Positions 58,741 through 64,000 of a stretch of DNA of 64,000 nt are shown piece after piece. The notes beneath the pieces were generated by a model. It was not told the DNA's origin, searched no databases, and saw nothing but the letters and a program-made list of their open reading frames with translations. Position 1 is the first letter of the stretch; each line of letters opens with the position of its first letter. This stretch comes from an uncultured delta proteobacterium. GTDB lineage: Bacteria > Myxococcota_A > Polyangia > Fen-1088. Both the position numbers and the translations under genes were made by a program. The DNA lies in NCBI GenBank assembly GCA_963767925.1, contig CAVYGB010000013.1, positions 192,001 through 256,000 on the forward strand, given 5' to 3'.

Positions 58741-60078
58741 ATGAAACCAGAGTCGAGGGAATCACCCGCTCGGCGCCGCGACCGCCTCTCCCGCCGCACC
58801 CTGCTGCGCGGGGCGGGAGTGGCCATGGCCCTGCCCTGGCTCGAGTCGGTGCCGGTGTGGGCGGCCGATCTGGCCCCCAAGGCCTCGCCCTTCCCGAAGC
58901 GCTTCGCCGTGCTCTTCATGGGCAACGGGATCAACGGGAACCACTGGTGGGCCCAGGGCGAGGGCAAGGACATGGAGCTCGGCAAGAGCCTGGCGCCCAT
59001 GGAGCCGCTCAAGGCCAAGATGAACTTCATCACCGGCCTGTTCAACAAGCCCTCGACCGGGGTGGGGATCCACCCGGGCATGACCGGCAACATCCTGTCG
59101 GGCGTGCCCCTGCAGAAGGGCGCCGTGCTCAAGGGCGGCGTCAGCATGGACCAGGTGCTGGCCGAGCGCCTCGGCGCCGACACCATGCAGCCGAGCATGG
59201 TGCTGGGCTGCGAGCAGCCCAACACCGGGTTCCACGAGACGAACTTCTCGATGGCCTACAGCTCGCACATCTCCTGGAACACCCCCAACTCGCCGGTGCC
59301 GATGGAGGTCTACCCCTCGCTGGCCTTCGACAGCCTGTTCGAGAACCGGGGCAGCCGCCGCACCCAGAGCATCCTCGACCGGGTAAAGGACCAGGCCCGC
59401 GGGCTCAGCCGCAAGGCCGGCGCCGGGGATCGCTACAAGCTCGACGAATATTTCACCAGCGTCAGCGAGGTGGAAAAACGGGTCCTGCGCCTGCGGACCG
59501 GCAAGGTCAAGGCGGACGCCGGCAAGCCGGCCGCGATCGGCATGGCGGCGCCGGCCAAGGGGCTGCCCGAGGACCTGCGCGAGCACATGAAGCTGATGTG
59601 CGACATCGCCGCGCTCGCCTTCCAGACCGACAAGACCCGGGTGGTGTCCCTGCTGCTGTGCCGGGACCTGTCCGGGCTGTTTTACCCCTTCCTCGAGCTG
59701 CGCGACTCCCACCACCCCGCCTCGCACCGGGACCTCAGCGACGACTACGAGCGGATCTCCCGCTACTACTGCAGCCAGGTCGCCTACCTGGCCGGGCGAC
59801 TGGACGCCATGGCCGAGGGGGAGGGCACCGTGCTCGACAACTCCTGCCTGATGTTCCTGTCGAACATGTGGTCGGGCTTCCGGCACGACAACAGCAAGCT
59901 GCCCCTGCTCACGGTGGGCGGCCTGCAGGGCACCCTGAAGACCGGCCGGGTCCTCGACTACCTCGAGAAGGGGGACGAGAACCGCAAGGTGTGCAGCCTG
60001 TACCTGTCGCTCATGGACCGGATGGGCGTCACCCTCGACCGCTTCGGCGACGCCACCACCCGCCTCGCCGAGGTGTGA
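58741..60078 (+). CDS. DUF1552 (HXXSHH) family Tat protein
   Basis: SRRTLLRG...ALPWLES; HHPASH; TVLDNS. Confidence 0.9.
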   Translation: MKPESRESPARRRDRLSRRTLLRGAGVAMALPWLESVPVWAADLAPKASPFPKRFAVLFMGNGINGNHWWAQGEGKDMELGKSLAPMEPLKAKMNFITGLFNKPSTGVGIHPGMTGNILSGVPLQKGAVLKGGVSMDQVLAERLGADTMQPSMVLGCEQPNTGFHETNFSMAYSSHISWNTPNSPVPMEVYPSLAFDSLFENRGSRRTQSILDRVKDQARGLSRKAGAGDRYKLDEYFTSVSEVEKRVLRLRTGKVKADAGKPAAIGMAAPAKGLPEDLREHMKLMCDIAALAFQTDKTRVVSLLLCRDLSGLFYPFLELRDSHHPASHRDLSDDYERISRYYCSQVAYLAGRLDAMAEGEGTVLDNSCLMFLSNMWSGFRHDNSKLPLLTVGGLQGTLKTGRVLDYLEKGDENRKVCSLYLSLMDRMGVTLDRFGDATTRLAEV

Positions 60079-60152
60079 GCCCGGTCGGGCGGGGCCTGAC
60101 GAGGTCCGTGGACGCCCGGGGTCGGTGCGGGTAGCATGAGGTCGCACCCCGT

Positions 60153-61400
60153 GTGGTGGGGCAGGTGAACGTGAGCTCAGACGAGAGTGGGGACTCCCAG
60201 ACGGAGCTGGAGGCCAGCTCCGGGATCGTGGCGTCCGGCGCGGTCGACGCGGCCGGAGGGGGGCCCCTGGGCTTGCAGCTCGTGTTCCCCGAGCTGCGCC
60301 CGGAGGCGGTGGCGCCGACCGCGGGGGTGCCGCTGGTGCTGGGACGAGACGGGGACGGCGACGGGCGCCTCAGCGGCAGCGAGATCTCCCGGCGCCACGG
60401 CGAGCTGCGGGTGGCGGGCGACCGGCTGGTGCTGCGCGACCTCGACAGCAGCAACGGCCTCTTCGTCAACGGCGCCCGCTGCCCCGAGGCGGCGCTGGTC
60501 CTCGGCGACGTCGTTCGGATGGGCGAGTGGGTCGGGGTGGTGGTGCCGCTGCAGGCCGCCCCGGTCGTCGACGACCTGCACCTGGGGCCCATCGCCCGGC
60601 CGGTGGTCCTGCGCGCCGCCCGGGTGGCCCGGACGCGCCTGCCGGTGCTGATCGAGGGGGAGACCGGCACCGGCAAGGAGCGGCTGGCCCGCGCCATCCA
60701 CGAGTGGTCGGAGCGTCCGGGCCCCTTCATCGCCCTCGACAGCGCCACCCTGACCGGCCCCCAGGCCGAGGGGGAGCTGTTCGCCCAGCACGGGGGCAGC
60801 CTGTTCCTCGACGAGGTGACCCACCTGCCGCCGGAGTCGCAGCCGCTGCTGCTGCGGGCGCTGGCCGCGGTCGCCGGGGAGAGCCCGCCCGGGGCCGGGC
60901 CGGGGGCCCCCGACGTGCGCCTCCTGGCCGCCACCCGGGTCCCGCTGGCCGGAGCCGTCGCCGAGCGGGGCTTCCTGCCCGAGCTGCAGGCCCGGCTCGA
61001 GCGCTTCACCCTGCGGCTGCCGCCCCTGCGCGAGCGGCGCGCCGACGTGCTCGCCCTGTTCGTGCACCTGCTGGCCCAGCACGGCCTCGTCGCTCCCGAG
61101 CTGTCGACCCGCCTGGTGGAGGCCCTGTGCGCCTACGACTGGCCCTTCAACGTCCGGGAGCTGGACCACCTGACCGAGCAGCTCACCTTGCTGCACGGCC
61201 AGGAGCCGATGTTCCGGCGCTCGCACCTGCCCGACCGCATCCGATATTACCGCTCGGGCCCGCCGCCGCCGGGCGAGCCGAGCCGCCAGGTCATCCTGTC
61301 GGAGCTGACCGCCACCGGCGGCAACCTCGCCCGCGCCTCGCAGCGCCTGGGCATCTCCCGCCAGGACGCCACCCGCATCCTCGAGGACGACTCGCGCTAG
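60153..61400 (+). CDS. FHA + sigma54-type AAA+ + Fis HTH regulator lacking GAFTGA
   Basis: FHA GR...SRRH...SSNG; GETGTGKE; LFLDE; LPPLRER; WPFNVREL; GNLARASQRLGISR. Confidence 0.88.
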   Translation: MVGQVNVSSDESGDSQTELEASSGIVASGAVDAAGGGPLGLQLVFPELRPEAVAPTAGVPLVLGRDGDGDGRLSGSEISRRHGELRVAGDRLVLRDLDSSNGLFVNGARCPEAALVLGDVVRMGEWVGVVVPLQAAPVVDDLHLGPIARPVVLRAARVARTRLPVLIEGETGTGKERLARAIHEWSERPGPFIALDSATLTGPQAEGELFAQHGGSLFLDEVTHLPPESQPLLLRALAAVAGESPPGAGPGAPDVRLLAATRVPLAGAVAERGFLPELQARLERFTLRLPPLRERRADVLALFVHLLAQHGLVAPELSTRLVEALCAYDWPFNVRELDHLTEQLTLLHGQEPMFRRSHLPDRIRYYRSGPPPPGEPSRQVILSELTATGGNLARASQRLGISRQDATRILEDDSR

Positions 61401-61409
61401 TCCAGGGCC

Positions 61410-62153
61410 CTAGCGGCGGGAGCTGGCGAAGCGCCGGGGCGCTCCGCCCGCCACCGGGCCGGTGCGGTCGAGGATCAGGATGAGGGCCATGCCGGCGAGG
61501 AAGCCGCCGATGTGAGCCATGTAGGCCACGCCGCCGCCCGCGCCGCCCACCACCGAGACCTGGCTGACGATCTGCAGGACGATCCAGCCGCCCAGCACCA
61601 CCAGGGCGGGCAGGGCCACCACCCGGTTGACGAACAGCACCCGCACCTGGTTGCGGGGGTGGCGGATCAGGTAGGCGCCGAGCACGCCGGCGATGGCGCC
61701 CGAGGCGCCCAGGCAGGGGATGAGGGACCTGGGCTGGAACACCACCTGGGCCAGCCCCGCCGCCAGGCCACACAGCAGGTAGAAGATCAGGAACTTGGCC
61801 CGCCCCAGGCGGTCTTCGATCTGGTCGCCGAAGATCCACAGGTAGACCATGTTGCCGATGATGTGCATCCAGGACCCGTGCATGAACATCGAGGTCAGCA
61901 GGGTGAGGTAGATGGGGAACGGCCCGGCGTAGTGCCGCAGGGCCACCGACTGGCCGTCGACGAGGATCCGCTTGGTGCCGACGATGTCGGTGCCGCTGGT
62001 GATCTCGTAGGGAACCGTGGAAAAGCCCATGGTGAAGGCGTCGCCCATCGAGAGCTGCAGCAGCCAGACCAGGACGTTGACCAGGATCAGCCCATACACA
62101 ATCATCGGTCGGGTGCGGCGAGCCGCGTTGTCATCGCCGAGCGGAATGAACAT
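61410..62153 (-). CDS. Rhomboid intramembrane serine protease
   Basis: SMFMHGSWMHIIGNM; GASG; AHIGG. Confidence 0.93.
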   Translation of the reverse strand: MFIPLGDDNAARRTRPMIVYGLILVNVLVWLLQLSMGDAFTMGFSTVPYEITSGTDIVGTKRILVDGQSVALRHYAGPFPIYLTLLTSMFMHGSWMHIIGNMVYLWIFGDQIEDRLGRAKFLIFYLLCGLAAGLAQVVFQPRSLIPCLGASGAIAGVLGAYLIRHPRNQVRVLFVNRVVALPALVVLGGWIVLQIVSQVSVVGGAGGGVAYMAHIGGFLAGMALILILDRTGPVAGGAPRRFASSRR

Positions 62154-62197
62154 GGCACCTCCCTGAAAGACCGCCGTCAGCGCGGCTCGGGATCACC

Positions 62198-62590
62198 GTG
62201 TGTCCGGTGAGCACAGGAGGCAAGCGGAGCCAGGTTGCGGGGGCTCGGCGTTCGGTAGTAGGAAAGGTGCATGCGGCGAGATCGTGCCGTCACAACCTGG
62301 CGGCCGGGTTCCCCATCGCCGGGATCCTGCTGGCGGTGGGCTTCGTGATGGAGGCGGCCGTCTCGGGCCGGGCCTCCGAGTCGACCCAGCAGGCGGCGCT
62401 GCAGGCGGCCAGGTTCCTGGGCGTCAGCCTGGTGCTCGTCTATGCCTTCCGCCTCATCACCGACTTCGTCATGTTGCCGAAACTGAAGCTCCAGCAGGCC
62501 ATCGCCGAACAAAAGAACGTCGGCGCGGGCATCCAGGAGGGCATCTCCTTCGTGCTGGCCTCCCTGGTCGTGACCTTCTTCCTGACTTGA
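62198..62590 (+). CDS. DUF350-like membrane protein, possibly a 5'-truncated remnant
   Basis: NLAAG...TDFVMLP...IAEQKNVGAG pattern begins only at about 62290; no convincing start. Confidence 0.5.
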   Translation: MCPVSTGGKRSQVAGARRSVVGKVHAARSCRHNLAAGFPIAGILLAVGFVMEAAVSGRASESTQQAALQAARFLGVSLVLVYAFRLITDFVMLPKLKLQQAIAEQKNVGAGIQEGISFVLASLVVTFFLT

Positions 62591-62658
62591 GCGCCGAAAG
62601 GGGCGCGCGGCATCCAGATAGGCCGACGCGACGCTCGCCGGCGACCTAGGGTACTGAC

Positions 62659-63801
62659 ATGGACCCGGCAATGAATCCGGATCGACGCGCGCGTCGCTTC
62701 TTCACCGTCCTCCTGGTCGGCACCATGGTGCTGGCGGCGCTGGTGGCCCGGCCGCTGGCGACGGCGCTGTTCATGGCCGCGGTGCTGGCCGGGTCCCTCT
62801 GGCCGCTGCAGAAGCGGCTGCAGCGCCCGCTGCGGCGGCGCTCGATCGCGGCCTCGCTGCTGGCGCTGGGGGTGGTGGTGTTGATCCTGGGGCCGCTGGT
62901 GGCCTTCTCCACCTACCTGGTCAACGAGATCGCCCAGGCCTTCCAGTTCATCAGCGACACCTTTCGCAGCGGGGGGGTCCCTGGACTGCGCGAGCGCCTG
63001 CCCGATGGGGTCGACCGGGTGCTGAGCGCCATCCTCGAGTGGATCTCCGAGCGGTCCGGGGGAAAGTTCGACGCCAGCATGGTGCAGCGGCAGGTGACGG
63101 CCCAGGGGGGCAAGGCAGTCGTGGCGGTGGGCGCGGCGGTGTCGGCGACCGGTTCGCTGCTGTTCCAGGGGACGATGATGATCGTCGCCCTCTACTTCTT
63201 CCTCGTCGAGGGGGACGAGCTGGTCGACTGGCTGGACCGGGTCTCGCCGCTGCGACCCGGCCAGACGCAGGAGCTCATGCTGGAGTTCAAGAAGGTCACC
63301 TACGCGGTGATCATCTCGACCGTCATCACGGCCGCGGTGCAAGCGGCGGCGGCGACCATCGGGTACCTCATCGCCCGCGTGCCCAACCCGATCTTCTTCG
63401 CCGGGTTGACCTTCATCATCGCCTTCATCCCCGCGGTCGGGGCGGCCTCGATCTGCCTGGCGGCGGCGGGGCTGCTGTTCGTGACCGGCCACCGGGCGGC
63501 GGCCATCTTCCTGGCGATCTGGGGGGTGGCGGTGGTCGGCCTGGTGGACAACGTGGTCAAGCCCTACCTCATCAAGGCCGGGATGGAGCTCCGGGGGGCC
63601 GTCGTGTTCTTCGCCCTCATCGGAGGCCTTGGCGCCTTCGGGACGGTGGGGCTCTTGCTCGGACCGCTGGTCGTGGCGGCGTTCATGGCCCTGACCCGGA
63701 TGTACGAGCGGGACTTCAAGACCCGCAAGCCCCCGCCGAAGCCGGGCGCCCGCCCCGAAGGCCAGGCGGAAGACGCAGCCGACGACGACGCTTCGACCTA
63801 G
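62659..63801 (+). CDS. AI-2E family transporter
   Basis: YFFLVEG; FIPAVG; DNVVKP; GGLGAFG...GLLLGP. Confidence 0.92.
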   Translation: MDPAMNPDRRARRFFTVLLVGTMVLAALVARPLATALFMAAVLAGSLWPLQKRLQRPLRRRSIAASLLALGVVVLILGPLVAFSTYLVNEIAQAFQFISDTFRSGGVPGLRERLPDGVDRVLSAILEWISERSGGKFDASMVQRQVTAQGGKAVVAVGAAVSATGSLLFQGTMMIVALYFFLVEGDELVDWLDRVSPLRPGQTQELMLEFKKVTYAVIISTVITAAVQAAAATIGYLIARVPNPIFFAGLTFIIAFIPAVGAASICLAAAGLLFVTGHRAAAIFLAIWGVAVVGLVDNVVKPYLIKAGMELRGAVVFFALIGGLGAFGTVGLLLGPLVVAAFMALTRMYERDFKTRKPPPKPGARPEGQAEDAADDDAST

Positions 63802-63970
63802 CCGATCGGCGCCTGGCGCCAGATTGGCAGGGGCCGGGTGGGCGTCTCGACCCGGGCGGCGGCGCGACGTCGGGCGAGGGCCTGGGCGGGTGGGGCTGGA
63901 GCGGTGGTCCGAGGTTTGCGAGACTGGGGGGTATGGGTGGTCGATCGATCCCTTGCTCGGCATCGCCGAG

Positions 63971-64000
63971 ATGAAGAAGGCGAGCGGGCTGGTGCTGGCG
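63971..64000 (+). CDS. Possible start of a secreted protein running off the window
   Basis: ATG AAG AAG... giving MKKASGLVLA, signal-peptide-like. Confidence 0.4.
   Translation, partial: MKKASGLVLA

Overview
GC-rich bacterial chromosomal window, most likely Myxococcota (Polyangia-like). This rests on the Gly/Thr-linker lipoproteins, the Cys-rich repeat lipoprotein, the Oar-like TonB receptor, the DUF1592/DUF1552 pairs and the FHA-sigma54 protein. It holds about 50 genes and no recognisable rRNA, tRNA, CRISPR array, transposase or phage genes. Housekeeping and metabolic genes include an M1 aminopeptidase, ndh, ilvE, cydAB, pgm, a GH36 alpha-galactosidase, a rhomboid protease, and MFS, APC and AI-2E transporters. 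The most interesting items are: (1) a TonB receptor - porin - lipoprotein - VTC (polyphosphate polymerase-like) cluster with a Pho-box-like repeat; (2) a type III PKS/methyltransferase/FAD-monooxygenase operon convergent with a UbiA prenyltransferase and close to cydAB; (3) a compositionally distinct baeRF/Balon-like + HPF hibernation pair; (4) a divergent SSB paralogue; (5) a 15-bp x7 repeat that multiplies a stop/start overlap; (6) several degenerate regulators or enzymes (receiver-less OmpR protein, GAFTGA-less activator, Ser-less hydrolase); (7) several structured non-coding repeats. Three isolated single-base frameshifts (GH36, DUF1592, pgm) may be assembly errors. All family assignments come from motif recognition by eye; no database search was run.
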